From: Mobula birostris
Taxonomy: Eukaryota
DNA: 64,000 nucleotides
Assembly: GCF_030028105.1 (NCBI RefSeq)
Contig: NC_092377.1
Span: 4,717,079 to 4,781,078 of the forward strand
Reading direction: 5' to 3'
The position numbers and the translations under genes are program-made. Shown one piece after another: positions 50,512-64,000 of this stretch; within the stretch, counting starts at the first letter, position 1; the number at the start of each line of letters is the position of its first letter. The notes under the pieces are model-generated. The model had not been told where the DNA came from. It saw nothing but the letters and a program-made list of their open reading frames with translations, and did no database searches.

Positions 50512-52276
50512 TATCATGGTCCGGTCCGTAAAGTCCACATTCCGGTTCATGGTCCAGTCCATTGACCCTTGTTCCAGGTTTTTCTGTTTACCCCATTTCT
50601 GTTGAGCACTCTAATTGAGCCACATGATTCTAGTTTGGTCAGACTCATAAATACCTCCAGAGACCAGGGCTTAGTTGCTGGATTGGTCCTGTCTGAATCC
50701 CTTCCCTTCCTTCTGTTGCCTCGCCTTGCCTCTCATCCGTCTTGCCTTGGAGCATCCCACCGGTGGAAGGCTAGTGCAGTCTTCAAGATATGGATTTGGC
50801 TGTTCCATAGCCTGCTGAGGTTACCAGCTGCCTCGAGTCTTGGAGCCACCCCGGACCTAGCTCCCTTCCTGTCCTGTGCCTCTGTCAGGTAAGCCAGGCT
50901 ATTTGCCGTTACTCTGCGGTTGGTTCTGTCCCTTCCTGTCCCTTGTTTCTGTTGGGTAAGCCAGGCTGTTTGCCGTTACCCTGCAGTTGGTTCTGTCCCT
51001 TCCTTTCCCTTGCCTCTGTTGGGTTGGAGACCTGCGTCCTGCCCAGGAGTTGCCTCGAAGTACACTTACCCTGTCTTGTCCTCGTCTGGCCTTCAAGACC
51101 AAGACCCCAGCCTCAAGCCTTGAGACCAAGATCCCAGCCTCAAGCCTCAGGACTGTGATGGGGTCCTGAATTACACCTATGAACTGAGCTTTGGAAAAGA
51201 GAGAGAGGGGGAGAGAGAGTTATTTAACACTGACATGTTGCTTTAAAAGAGAGAGACAAAGACTGCTTACAGGTTGTTTATGCTTTCTTCAAGGACATTT
51301 GCCTGCTTGAGATTTCTTCCACAGAGAGGAAGGAGTTATTTGAATGACAGCTGGTATCCAGTATGGTGAGATAAATAGGAGGTCAGATGATATAGACCTC
51401 AGACACATGTTTTGGACTCTGAATGAGCTTTGTTGTGCCTGCAGAAAAAGTGGGTTTTTGGAAGATTGATCAGTGGCTCTTGCAGTGAAAAGAAAAGGCA
51501 GTGACTGGTGGGTGTCCATGTACCACCCTTGCCTGGGTTGATAGTTCCACCACAGAAAACTGGTCCCCTTTGCTGTGGTCACATTCGGTGACTTTTAAAG
51601 GGATTTTGGAGGACAATGAGAAGATCGATGGTGTCAGCTCATCTGAAGACTCAAATCTCTTCCTCTCCCTCTCTCTCCATCACTACTCCACTCAATACCA
51701 CGAACTGAACTGAACTGTACTCATTATCGTAAGACTACCTATTTACCCCTAGACTTGAAGAAGCTTGACTTTCATAGTTCCACACTTACTGATTTACTTA
51801 TTTATATATAATCATTGCTAACCTGTTTTTATTTAGTTATATTACTGTATTGTGTAGTTACTAATACATATCATTAGTTAATAGCAATACTGGACTCCAG
51901 TGTTTTCCATCCCTGCTGGTTCTTTATTCCCGTCACGGGGTACGTGACAAGACCAATACCCCAGCCTCCAGACTTGAGACCACGACCCCAGCCACGTCAG
52001 GTCATACCCTTGCCTGGTTCTGGGGCCTGAGCCCGAGGCAAGACCCAGGTTCTGGGTCCTTGTCCAGTCTCTGGCTCAGAGCCCAAGCCCAGGCTCCTAG
52101 TGCATAGGTCCTTGTCCGGGTTCCCTGTCTTGTCCATGCCCTAGCCCAAGTCTGCGTTCTTGTCCCTGCTCCTGGTCTGAATCCTATCACGTCCCTATTC
52201 TAGTCAAGTCATGTTCCTTGTACTTCAGTGTCTGTGTCTTGCATTTGGGCCCGTTCCCAGCACCCCCCTTGTGACA
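50512..52276 (+). mobile_element. Solo LTR with CGGAC TSD, containing a nested LTR
   Basis: TATCATGG (decayed TG) start and GTGACA end; CGGAC at 50507-50511 and 52277-52281; internal short tandem repeats. Confidence 0.8.
51154..51949 (+). mobile_element. Nested solo LTR, same family as 41466-42457
   Basis: Colinear similarity to 41466-42457; ends GGGGTACGTGACA; approximate (G/A)GAC flanks. Confidence 0.78.
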
Positions 52277-53529
52277 CGGACTGTGTTGGTCATTGACACA
52301 AACAATGTATTTCACTATATGTTTTGATATTTTGATGTACATATGACAAAAAGCTAATCTCTAGATTCAAGCAAATGGTTCACATGTACTGAGTTACAGT
52401 GAGAGACGTGGTTTACCATGGCAACTGTGCTGATCATTTCATCTTTTCAGTACGTTGAGGTAGTACAAGGGGAAAACAATCTGCAGAGTGTTACATGTCC
52501 GGAGACAGTGAGGTGCAGACAGACAATAAAGTGCAAAGAATATAATGAGGTGTATTGTCAGGTCATGAGTTCATCTTCTCAATGCTCTTATAGAACCTGC
52601 CATTTACTGTGTTACTGTATTTACCTCGTAAATTTGTCCTTCCCACGTGTAACATCACACTCCATTTGTCACTTCTCTGCCCACATATACAACAGATCTA
52701 AATCCCAGTGAAATCTTTGACAATCTTCCTCAAATTCCAGAACTCTATCAAATTTTATGTCATCTGCATACTCCCTAATCAGCTCACCTATATTTTAGAT
52801 GATAAGACCCATAAGACACAGGAGGAGAATTATGGTAATTGGCCTGTTGAGTCTGCTCCACTGTTTAATCATGACTAATAATTTTTTTCCTCCTCAACCC
52901 CCATTTCCTGGCCTTCTCCACGTAACCCTTGATGTCATGTCCAATCCAGAGCCTATCAACCTGACCTCCATAGCTGCATGTGGCAACAAATTCCACAATT
53001 TCACCATCCTCTGGCTAAGGAAATGTCTCCACATCTCTGTTTTGAATGGATGCCCCTCTAAATTGAGACAGAGCGCTCTTGTCCTAGACTCTCCCTTCAT
53101 GGGAAACATCCACATCTACTCAGTCTAGGCCTTTCAACATTCAAAAGGTTTCAATGAGATCCCCCCTCATCCTTCTAAATTCCAGCAACTACAGACCTAG
53201 AGCCATCAAATGTTTCATATATGATAGACCTTTCATTCCTGCAATCATCCTTGTGAACTGCCTCTGGACCCTCTCCAATGCCAGCACATATCTTCTAAGA
53301 TGAGCAGTCTTAGAATACTCAAGGTGAGCCTCATCAGCACCTTATAAAGCCTCAGCATCATATCCCTGCTGTATTATTCTGGATGACTTGAAATGAATGC
53401 TAACATTGCATTTACCTTCCTCACCACTGATTCAACCTGCAAGTTAACCTTTAAGGTGATCTCACAAGGACTCCCAAGTTCCTTTGCATATCAGATGTTT
53501 GGATTTAGATTTAGATTAGATTATGAATT

Positions 53530-54970
53530 ATGAATTTTTTAAAAACGGAGGGAGAGAGAAACTGAGGAATTATAGACCGGTTAGCCTAACATCGGTGGTG
53601 GGGAAAATGCTAGAGTCAGTTATCAAAGATGTGATAACAGCACATTTGGAAAGCGGTGAAATCATCGGACAAAGTCAGCATGGATTTGTGAAAGGAAAAT
53701 CATGTCTGACGAATCTCACAGAATTTTTTGAGGATGTAACTAGCAGAGTGGATAGGGGAGAACCAGTGGATGTGGTATATTTGGATTTTCAAAAGGCTTT
53801 TGACAAGGTCCCACACAGGAGATTAGTGTGCAAACTTAAAGCACATGGTATTGGGGGTAAGGTATTGATGTGGATAGAGAATTGGTTGGCAGACAGGAAG
53901 CAAAGAGTGGGAATAAATGGGACCTTTTCAGAATGGCAGGCAGTGAATAGTGGGGCACCGCAAGGCTCAGTGCTGGGACCCAGTTGTTTACAATATATAT
54001 ATATTAATGACTTAGATGAGGGAATTAAATGCAGCATCTCCAAGTTTGTGGATGACACGAAGCTGGGCGGCAGTGTTAGCTGTGAGGAGGATGCTAAGAG
54101 GATGCAGGGTGATTTGGATAGGTTGGGTGAGTGGGCAAATTCATGGCAGATGCAATTTAATGTGGATAAATGTGAGGTTATCCACTTTGGTGGCAAAAAC
54201 AGGAAAACAGATTATAATCTGAATGGTGATCGATTAGGAAAATGGGAGGTGCAACGAGACCTGGGTGTCATTATACACCAGTCATTGAAAGTGGGCATGC
54301 AGGTACAGCAGGCGGTGAAAAAGGCGAATGGTATACTGGCATTCATAGCAAGAGGATTCGAGTACAGGAGCAGGGAGGTACTACTGCAGTTGTACAAGGC
54401 CTTCGAGAGACTACACCTGGAGTATTGTGTGCAGTTTTGGTCCCCTAATCTGAGGGAAGACATTCTTTCCATAGAAGGAGTACAAAGTAGGTTCACCAGA
54501 TTAATTCCTGGGATGGCAGGACTTCCATATGATGAAAGACTGGATCGACTAGGTTTATACTCGCTGGAATTTAGAAGATTGAGGGGGGATCTTATTGAAA
54601 CATATGAAATCCTAAAGGGATTGGACAGACTAGATGCAGGAAGATTGTTCCCGATGTTGGGGAAGTCCAGAATGAGGGGATCACAGTTTGAGGATAAAGG
54701 GGAAGCCTTTTAGGACTGAGATGAGGAAAAACTTCTTCACACAGAGAGTGGTGAATCTGTGGAATTCTCTGCCACAGGAAACAGTTGAGGCCAGTTCATT
54801 GGTTGTATTTAGGAGTTAGATATGGCCCTTGTGGCTAAAGGGATCAGGGGGTATGGAGAGAAAGCAGGTACAGGGTTCTGAGTTGGATGATCAGCCATGA
54901 TCATACTGAATGGTGGTGCAGGCTCAAAGGGCCAAATGGCCTACTCCTGCACTTATTTTCTATGTTTCTA
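53530..54970 (+). mobile_element. 5'-truncated CR1 family B
   Basis: ORF 53523-54713 (396 aa RT); TTTCTATG tail. Confidence 0.95.
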
Positions 54971-55569
54971 TGAAGACACACAGTCCTCTTTTATTGTCAT
55001 TTAGTAATGCATGCATTAAGAAATGATACAATATTTCCTCCAGTGTGATATCACAAAACACAGGACAGACCAAGACTGAAAAAACTAACAAAACTACATA
55101 ATTATAACATATAGTTACAACAGTGTAACAATACCATAAACTTGATGAAGAACAGTCCATGAGCACAGTAAAAAGTTCAAAGTCTCTCAAGTGGCCCACA
55201 TCTCACGCAGACGAGAGAAGGAAGAAAAACTCCCTGCCATGCCTGACCACAGTCCGACTCTGAGTCGTCCGAAAACTTCGAGCCTCCGATCAGCTCTCCA
55301 ACACCAAGTACTGAGCACCATCTCTATCCGAACGATTTGACCTCAATCTCGGTCACCAACAGCAGGCAAAGCTGGGGATTTTGAGGCCTTCCCTCCAGAA
55401 GATTCTCGATCGCGCAGTAACAACGGTAGTGAACTACCGTTTCAGGAATTTCTCCAGATGTTCCTCTGTGCTTTCATGTCTGTCTCCATCAAATCAGAAT
55501 TGTCCATGGCCCCTATTTAACGGATACAATATCATTTTCACCGGAGGGCTGCGCACACGCGACGTGCTG

Positions 55570-57150
55570 CTACCTCCCCATTTTGAAAATAGTCCACACA
55601 TTTATTTCTACTACCAAAATGCATGACCATGCGTTGTCCAACATTGTATTTCATTTACCACTTTCTTGCCCATTCTCCTAATCTAATCTAAGTCCTTCTG
55701 CATTCTATCTGTTTCCTCAACACCACCTGCCCCTCCACGAATCTTCATATCAGTTTGTCAACCAAGCCATTTATTTCATCATTTAAATCATTAACATACA
55801 GCATAAAAGGAAGTGGTCCCAACACAGACCCCTGTGGAACAGCACTAGTCACTGGTAGCCAACCAGATAAGGATCCATTTATTCCCACTCGCAGCCTTCT
55901 TCCAATCAGCCAATGCCCTAACCACCTTACTAAATTTCCTGTAATACCACAGGCTCTTAACTTGGTAAGCAGCCTCATGAGTGGTACCTTGTCAAAGGCC
56001 TTCTGAAAATCCAAATATACAACATCCTCTGCATCCCCTTTATCTATTCTACTTGTAATCTCCTCAAAGAATTCCAACAGGTTCGTCAAGCAGGATTTTC
56101 CTGTTTCACCAAGTACTCCATCACCTTGTCTTTAACAATTGACTCGAACATCTTCCCAACCACTGAGGTCAGGCTAACTGATCTATAATTTGAAAGAGTG
56201 GAGTGACATTTGCACTTCTCCAGTCCTCTGGCACCATGCCAAAGTCCAATGACTTTTGAAAGATAATTTCTAATGCCGCCCCAATCTCTACCACTACCTC
56301 TTTCAGAGCCCTAGGGTGGTCATCTGGTCTGGGTGAGTTACGTACTTTTAGATCTTTCAGCTTTTTGAGAACCTTCTCTCTCGTAACAGTAACTGCACCC
56401 ACTTCTCTTCCTTCACATACAACAATATCTGGCACACTGCTAGTGTCTTCCACAGTGAAAACTGATGCAAAATACTTATTTAGTTCATCAGCCATCTTGT
56501 TCCCTGTTATTATTTCTCCTGCATCATTTTCTAACGGTTCTATATCCACTCTCATCTCTCATTTATTTTTTTCATACTTGAAAAAGCTTTTAACATCCAC
56601 TTTGATATTATTTGCTAGCTTGCTTTCATATTTAATCTTCTCCCTTCTATTGATTCTTTTAGTTGCTCTCTGTAGATTTAAAAAAACTTCCCAATCCTCT
56701 ATCTTTTCACTAATTTTTGCTTTGTTGTATGCCCTCTCTTTTGTTTTCACATTAGCTTTGACTCTCCTTGTCAGCCATGGTTGTACTATTTTGCCATTTG
56801 AGTATTTCTTCATTTTTGGAATGCATATATCCTGCATCTTCATTTTTTTCCCAGAAACACACGCCATTACTGCTCTGCTGACATCCCTGTCAACAGCTCC
56901 TTCCAATTTACTTTCACCAGCTCCTTCTCTCATACCACTGTAATTTCCCCTACTCCACTGAAATACTGCCACATCAGACTTTACTTCCTCCCTATCAAAT
57001 TTCAAGTTGAACTCAATCATATTGTGATCACTGGTTCCTTTACCTTAAGCTCCCTAATCACCTCCAGTTAATTACATTACACTCAATCCATGAGAGCTGA
57101 TCCCCTAGTAGGCTCAACGACAAACTGCTCTAAAAAGCCATCTCTCTGAT
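55570..57150 (-). mobile_element. CR1 ORF2 fragment (family C-like) with internal deletions
   Basis: ORFs 55745-56089, 56169-56555 and 56559-57020. Confidence 0.85.
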
Positions 57151-57699
57151 TTTTGTCCAGTGCAGTCCAATAACAGCATTAGACAGCTGTAGTTGAGTCT
57201 GTTTGTATGTACCTCCAGGTTTTTGTATCTTCTGTTGATGGGAGAGAAGTGAAGCGAGAATTTCCAGGGGGGGCTGGGTCTTTGATTATGCTGGCTATTT
57301 TACTGAGGCAGCAACAAGTGGAGACTGCTCACGGAGGAGGGTAGGGAAGATGTCTGGTTTCCACTTTGTGTTGAGTTGTGTTCAAAACACTCCACTGTTT
57401 CTTGCAGTCTTGGCCAGCGTAATTGCTGTACCAATCTGTGATGTATCCAAACAAAAATACTTTTATGATACACTGATAAAAATTTCTGAGATTCAGAAGC
57501 AACTTGCCAAATTTCCTCAGTGTTCTGAGGAAGCAGGTAACCTGATCCTGGGTCCTGAAGAAGCGTCTCGGCCTGAAATGATTATTTATTCATTTCCATA
57601 GATGCTGTCTGACCTGCTGAGTTCCTCCAGCATTTTGTGTGTGTTGTCCTGCTGCCTACGTGGTTTGACCAGAACAGGCTGTTTGTGATGTTCAGATTT

Positions 57700-59200
57700 G
57701 TCACGGAATGTTGCAGAACACGTTCACCAGGATGCTGCCCGGAATAGCATGTATTTGCTGCAAGGACAGGCTGGGCAAACTTGGGCTGATTTCTCTGGCG
57801 TGTTGGAGGTTGTGGTTCCTATGGGTGCAATCTCCGGGGGAGGGTTCAGAGCCACAGATCCAGGCTCGAGACAAACTGTGCAATGTGATTAACAGGCATG
57901 AAATAGCACATCCTGATGCTTTCCCCTTCATCATGGGGGATTTTAGCTTGAAAAAAATCTCTAAATAATAATATCTACAAATCACCTGTAGTATCAGAGG
58001 AACCAACACACTGGACCACTGCTACACCACCATCAAGAGTAAGATATCCCATACTCAGTCTGATCACCTGGCTGTAACTCTACTCCCTGAGTATTGACAG
58101 AGACTGTAGACTGCAGCACCAGTAGAGAGGACCAAGAAGGAATGGACAAGGGAGGGACAGGAGAGCTTACAGCAATGCTTGGAATTGGTGGACTGGACTG
58201 TATTCAGAGATTAATTTTCGAGTCTTGAAAGAGTACACCACAGCAGTCGCTGAGTTCATTAAAACCTGTGTGGATGATGATATGCCCACAAGAACTTACT
58301 ATCCACACTCAAGTCAAAAGCCCTGGATGAATCAGTAGATTCGTAGTCTGCTGACGGCTCGATCTGTGGCATTCAAGTCTGGTGACTCACATCTGTACAA
58401 GAACACCAGGTATGACTTGCGGAAAGCTATTTCAGGAGCTAAAGAACAGCAGTGAATGAGGGTGGAGGCGAAATCAGATGCACATCAACTCTGGCAATGG
58501 TTGCAGCCCATTACTTCCTACAAAGCAAAACCCAACATCGTGAATGGCAACAATGCTGCACTACCAAACGAGCTCAATGCCTTTTATGCACACTCTGAAA
58601 GGAGAATAAAACTACAGCTATGAGGATCCCTGCAGCCCCCAGTGACCCGTGATCTCTCCCTCGGGCTGACGTCAGCCTGTCTTTTGAGAGGGTGAACCCT
58701 CACAATGCAATGTGACCCTATGGAGTGCGTGGTAGGGCTCTAAAACCTGTGTCAACTAACTGGTATGGGTGTTTGAAACATTTTCATTCTCTCCTTGCTA
58801 CACTTGGAAGTCCAATCTGCTTCAAATGGACAGCAATTATACCAATACCTGAGAAGAACAGGTGAGCGGTCCTAATGACGTGCATCTAGTAGCACTTGCA
58901 TCTCAGGTGATGAAGTGTTTTGAGAGGTTGGTTATGGCTAGAATTAATTCCTGTATCAGCAAGGGCCTGGATCCATTGTAGTTTGCCTATTGCCAAATGT
59001 GTGCTTAGCCGACTGCTCTTCTCTCTCTATGCCCATGGTTGTGTGGCTAGGAACAGCCCAAACGCCATCTATAAATTTGCTGATGACACAACCATTGTTG
59101 CCAGAGTTTCAGATAGTGATGAGCGGGTGTAGAGGAGAGAGAGATATCTCAGGTAGTTGAGTGGTGTTGCAGCAACAAACTGATTGTACACATCAGAAAG
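57700..59200 (+). mobile_element. Decayed Rex1/Babar- or L2-type LINE (endonuclease + RT)
   Basis: IMGDFS, LDHCYTTIK-like and YKFADDTTIV motifs. Confidence 0.7.
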
Positions 59201-59959
59201 GGTAAGATGACAGAATACACACCAGTCATCAATCAGGGATCAGAAGAAGAAAGAGTGAGCAATTTCAAATTCAAGAAATTTCTAACGGCAGGAAAGGTAC
59301 CAGAGGATTGGAGGGTAGCCAATGTGGTTCCGTTGTTTAAAAAAGGTTCTAAACAGAAACCAGGAAATTATAGGCCGGTGAGTCTGACATTAACTGTGGG
59401 AATGTTTTTGGAAGGTATTCTAAGGGACCGGATATATAAGCATTTGGATAGATGTGGACTGATTAAGGATAGTCAGCATGGAATTGTGCATGGTAGGTTA
59501 TGTCTAAGCAACTTAGAGTTTCTCAAGGAAGTTACCAGGCAGTGCATGTTGCCTACATGGACTTTAGCAAGATATTTGACAAGATACCACATGGAAGTTT
59601 GGTCACTCAGCATTCAAGATGTTGTAAATTGGATTTGACAATGGTTTGTGGGAGAAGCCAGAGAGTGGTGGAAGATGTTTGCCTTTCAGACTTGAGGCCT
59701 GTGACTAGCGGAGTGGTGCAGGGATTATTACTGGGTCTGCCGTTGTTTGTCATGTATATCAATGATTGGGATGATAATGTGGTTAAATGGATCAGCAAAT
59801 GTTCGGATGACACCAAGATCTGGGGTGTAGTGGGCCGCGGGGAACGTTACCATGGCTTGCAGAGTGATCTGCATCAGCTGGAAAAAATGAGCTAAAAAAT
59901 GGAAGATAGAATTTAATGCAGACAAGTGTGAGGTTTTGTACTTTGATAGCACCAACCAG

Positions 59960-61790
59960 GTTGGCTCTTACACAGTAACACACACAAAATGCTGGAGGAA
60001 CTCAGCAGGCCAAGCAGCATCTATGGAAAAGGGTTCAGTTGACGTTTCAGTCTGAACCCTTCATCAGGATTGGAAAAAAAAAGATGAGAAGTCAGAGCAA
60101 GGTTTGGGGGGGGGGGTAGGGGAGGAAGAAGTACAAGGTGGTAGGTGATAGGTGAAACTGGGGGAAGGGCAGGGCTAAAGTAAAGAGCTGGGCAGCTGAT
60201 AGGTGAAAGAGATAAAGGACTGTTGAAGGTGGAAACTGATAGGTGAGGGCAGGAGGCCATGGAAGAAAGAGAAGGGGGAGGAGCACCAGAGGGAGATGAG
60301 GGGTAGGAAATGAGATAAGATGAGAGGGAGAAACAGGAATGGGGGAATGGTGAGGGAGAAAGAGCAATTACCAGAAGTTTGAGAAATTGATGTTCATGCC
60401 ATTAGGTTGCAGGCTACCCAGATAAGCTGCTGCTCCTTCAACCTGAGTGTGGCCTCATCGCAGCAGCAGAAGAAGCCATGTACTGACCTGTCAGAATGGG
60501 AATGGGAAATAGAATTGAAATGGGTGTCCACCGGGAGATGCTGCCTTTTCCGGTGGGTGGAGCTTATCTGCTCGGAAAAGTGGTCTTCAAGTGCTCTGAG
60601 GTCGGTGAGACCCAAAGTAGATTTGGTAACCACATTATCATCTAGATCATTGATGCAGATGACAAACAACAATGGACCCAGCACTGATCCCTGTGGCACT
60701 CCACTAGCCAATAGGCCTCCAGTCAGAGAAGGAACCATCTACTACTACTTTCTTGGTTCATCCACATAGCCAATGTCTAATTCAGTTTACTAACGTATCT
60801 TGAATAACAATCAACTGAACCTTCCTGGTCAACCTTCCATGCAGGACCTTGTCAAAATCCTTGCTAAAGTTTATGCTGACAACATCCACTGCCTTGCCTT
60901 CATCCACTTTCCTGGTAATTTCTTCAATAAACACTAAGATTAGTAAGGCATGACCTGACACAAACAAAGCCATGCTGACTATCCCCCATCATAAGACCAT
61001 AAGTTTTAGGAGCAGAATTAGGCCATTTGGCCAATCAAGTCGGTGCTACCATTTATAATTTGCTGATCCAGTAACCACAATAGATGATCTCCAAGTGGGC
61101 TCAACCACAAGAGTGTGATGTACTGCCTCCGGTACTCCTGGTATGGCCGATGCAGACTGGGAGACCGCTTCACTGAACACCTACGCTCTGTCCACCAGAG
61201 GAAGCAGGATCTCCCAGTGGCCACACATTTTAATTCCACGTCCCATTCCCATTCCAATATGTCAATCCATGGCCTCTTCTACTGTGGAGATGAAGCCACA
61301 CTTAAGTTGGAGGAAGAACACCTTATATTCCATCTGGGTAGCCTCCAACCTGATGGCATGAACATTGACTTCTCTAACTTCTGTTAATGCCCCACCTCCC
61401 CTTCTTACCCCATCCCTAATTTATTATTTATTATTATAATTTTTTTTCACTCTTTCCCTCTCACAATAACTCCTTGCCTATTTTCCATCTCCCTCTGGTG
61501 CTTCCCTCCCCCTTTCTTTCTTCCAAGGCCTCCCGTCCTGTGATACTCCCCCTTCTCCAACCTTGTATCCCTTTTGCCAATCAACTTCCCAGCTCTTGGC
61601 TTCATCCCTCCCCCTCCTGTCTTCTCCTATCATTTCAGGTCTCCCCTCTCCCTCCCACTTTCAAATCTCTTACTATCTCTCTTTTTCTGTTAGTCCTGAC
61701 GAAGGATCTTGGCCTGAAACATCGACTGTACCACCTCCTATAGATGCTGCCTGGCCTGCTGTGTTCCACCAGCATTTTGTGTGAGCTCCT
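59960..61790. mobile_element. Penelope-like GIY-YIG remnants in both orientations around a CR1 fragment
   Basis: RLGDRFTEHLRSV...PVATHFNSTSHSHS...LGSLQPDGMNIDFSNF (+, 61115-61387) and a minus copy near 60400-60600. Confidence 0.8.
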
Positions 61791-63094
61791 CTAAAAAAAC
61801 CATCTTATAGGCATTCCTCAAATTCCACCTTTTGGATCCAGCACCAACCTAATTTTCCCAATCTATCTGCCTGTTGGACTTGGATGTGTCGAAACAATTA
61901 AAATTCACAATCAAATGTCCAATTAAACTAATCACTTCTGCCCACACAATGTCCATTTGCTTCCATTCACTGACAATTCTGTTTCTATCCAAGGCATGTG
62001 CCCCCTCCCCCTCCCCCTTGATGATCCATTTAACCACATTATCATCCCAATCATTGATATACATGACAAACAACGGCAGACCCAGTAATAATCCCTGTAC
62101 CACTCCGCTAGTCACAGGTCTCTAGTCTGAAAGGCAACCCTCGATGGTGCTGGAGTCTTGGTTCCTGACCAAAGTTTAATTGATGTGGATTTTGGATTGG
62201 TCTCTGAAATTCATGTTATGTGTGTTTCTGGTTTCTGGTTACTCCTCTTTTTGTTGCTATTTTGTGCAATTTTGAACAGCGCAACCTGGCTTTGTGGCCT
62301 GAAGTCAAGGAATGATGCAACTTTAAATTGAACTGAACTCGACAGAACATTTCTAGAATGTTTCAAAGATTCTGTCGTTTTGATATTTTATATGTTGTGT
62401 GTTTTTCATTCACTTTTTAGCCATTTGCAAGATTTGCTCTTTTTTTGAGTATTGAGTGTCTGGTGTTTTCTTTGAACAGCTTCCAAGGTGTTTCTTTGTT
62501 TTGTGTCTGTCTGTGAAATGAATCTCAGGGTTAAATACTGCATAGATACTTTGATTCATTGAAGCATATTTGTCTCCAGCACCAGCCCTGGCACTGAATT
62601 CCAGCCACTCCCCACACTGATATGCTTATCCGAAAGGCAAATGGTATGTGACCTATTAAGAGGTGTGTCTATCTAAAAGTCTTTTAAACTCCACCAAACT
62701 GCCTACTTCCATAACCATCCCTGCAAAACCCTTACCATATACCTACTGTCTATAAAAAATACTTGACATCAGCAGGATCGAATCCGGATCTTAGTGACAC
62801 TGTGAAGCATTACACTAACAGATACACTGACCCATATACTCCAACAATCTAGGGGGGATAGCACATGTTTATCCAATCTTTTGTCAGGGTGATGTTGTCA
62901 CATAAAGGCCAGTGGGAGTGTGGACCACCCCCCGACAGTGGTGGGAGTCAGCAAATTTGTAAAAAAGTGATCTGAAACAGAACAGAGTAGCTGTCATGAC
63001 CTCGGGTCCTTGGCAGAGTATTCTGAGGGCTCTGAGTATTTGCTGTTGTTTTTTTTAATACACTTGTGTTTTATTAATTATTATTACCTGTATT

Positions 63095-63692
63095 GTTGGG
63101 ATTGATTTCAAGAGCCAAGAGGTAATGTTGCAGCTATATAGAACCTTGGTCAGACCCCACTTGGAGTACTTTGCTCAGTTCTGGTCACCTCACTGCAGAA
63201 AGGATGTGGAAACTATGGAAAGGGTGCAGAGGAGATTTACAAGTATGTTGGCTGGATTGGGGAGCATGCCTTAAATAGTTTGAGCGAACTTGGCCTTTTC
63301 TCCTTGGAGCGATGGAGGATGAGAGGTGACCTGATAGAGGTGTATAAGATGAGAGGCACTGATCGCGTGGATAGTCAGAGGCTTTTTCCCCGGGCTGAAA
63401 TGGCTAACATCATTGGGCACAGTTTTAAGGTGCTTGGAAGTCGATACAGAGGAGATGTCAGGGGTAAGTTTTTTATGCAGAGAGTGGTGAGTGTGTGGAA
63501 TGGGCTGCTGGCGATGGTGATGGAGGTGGATACGATAGGGTCTTTTAAGAGACTCCTGGATAGGTACATGGAGCTTAGAAAGATAGAGGCTATGGGTAAC
63601 CCAAGGTAATTTCTAAAGTAAGTACATGTTTGGCACAGCATTGTGGGCCGAAGGGCCTGTATTGTGCTGTAGATTTTCTGTGTTTCTATGTT
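63095..63692 (+). mobile_element. CR1 3' fragment
   Basis: ELGLFSLERWRMRGDLIEVYK...FFMQRVVSVWNGL; TTTCTATG tail. Confidence 0.88.
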
Positions 63693-64000
63693 TTAACTCC
63701 AAGGACGGTCCTGTATAGGGAGGTCTGTGATGGTCCTCACGATGTCTCCTAATCCTACGACCTCTGAGGTATACGTTGTCCACTTTATTGTCTGGGCTTG
63801 ACATGGAACTTTGCCCTTTGGCATTTATAGACTCCAGCTCCACTGGGAATTGTTTTGATCTGGGGGTGGCTCGACAGATGATAATCCCAATCTCTATGTT
63901 AGATCATCCTTTGACAGCCACCATGATGGTGACGGTAGACCACTTGAGCCAAGAAAGGTGTGTCATGTTTCAGAGCCCCTTGGCTTTGAGACAGAGGACC

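Noticed and set aside
63700-64000. Minus-strand frame (AKGQSSMSSPDNKV...) faintly resembling the alpha4 M3-M4 loop
   Set aside because: Only a few residues match and the diagnostic EGVQYIADHL end is absent; needs TBLASTN with flanking sequence.

Overview
Repeat-dense vertebrate genomic DNA, most likely from a cartilaginous fish. This rests on the HE1/V-SINE-type SINE, the CR1 families and the Penelope-derived elements; a ray is plausible but not provable. Most of the window is CR1 LINE, plus Rex/L2, Penelope, Tc1, solo LTRs and one decayed endogenous retrovirus. Host genes: (1) a + strand Ig-superfamily receptor rebuilt by hand from exons with canonical AG/GT sites and matching phases. It has a germline-joined VJ-type V exon (17413-17757), an uncharged TM exon (18826-18945) and three small cytoplasmic exons (19112-19185, 20010-20051, 20142-20184) encoding VDYENV (ITIM-like) and a full ITAM (YMAL-x7-YGHL); the terminal exon is probably at 25901. 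(2) A second paralogous VJ-type V exon (1784-2131) with 7 N-glycan sequons and no TM exon of its own, phase-compatible with the downstream V. (3) An orphan, apparently dead last exon of a neuronal nicotinic receptor alpha subunit (CHRNA4/CHRNA2-like) on the - strand at 29175-29300. The ERV (about 3217-9755, - strand) has a tRNA-Asn-like PBS, a coiled-coil gag-like ORF and a retroviral RT fragment, and is bracketed by a local duplication. Comparisons to known proteins and tRNAs are from memory; no searches were run.
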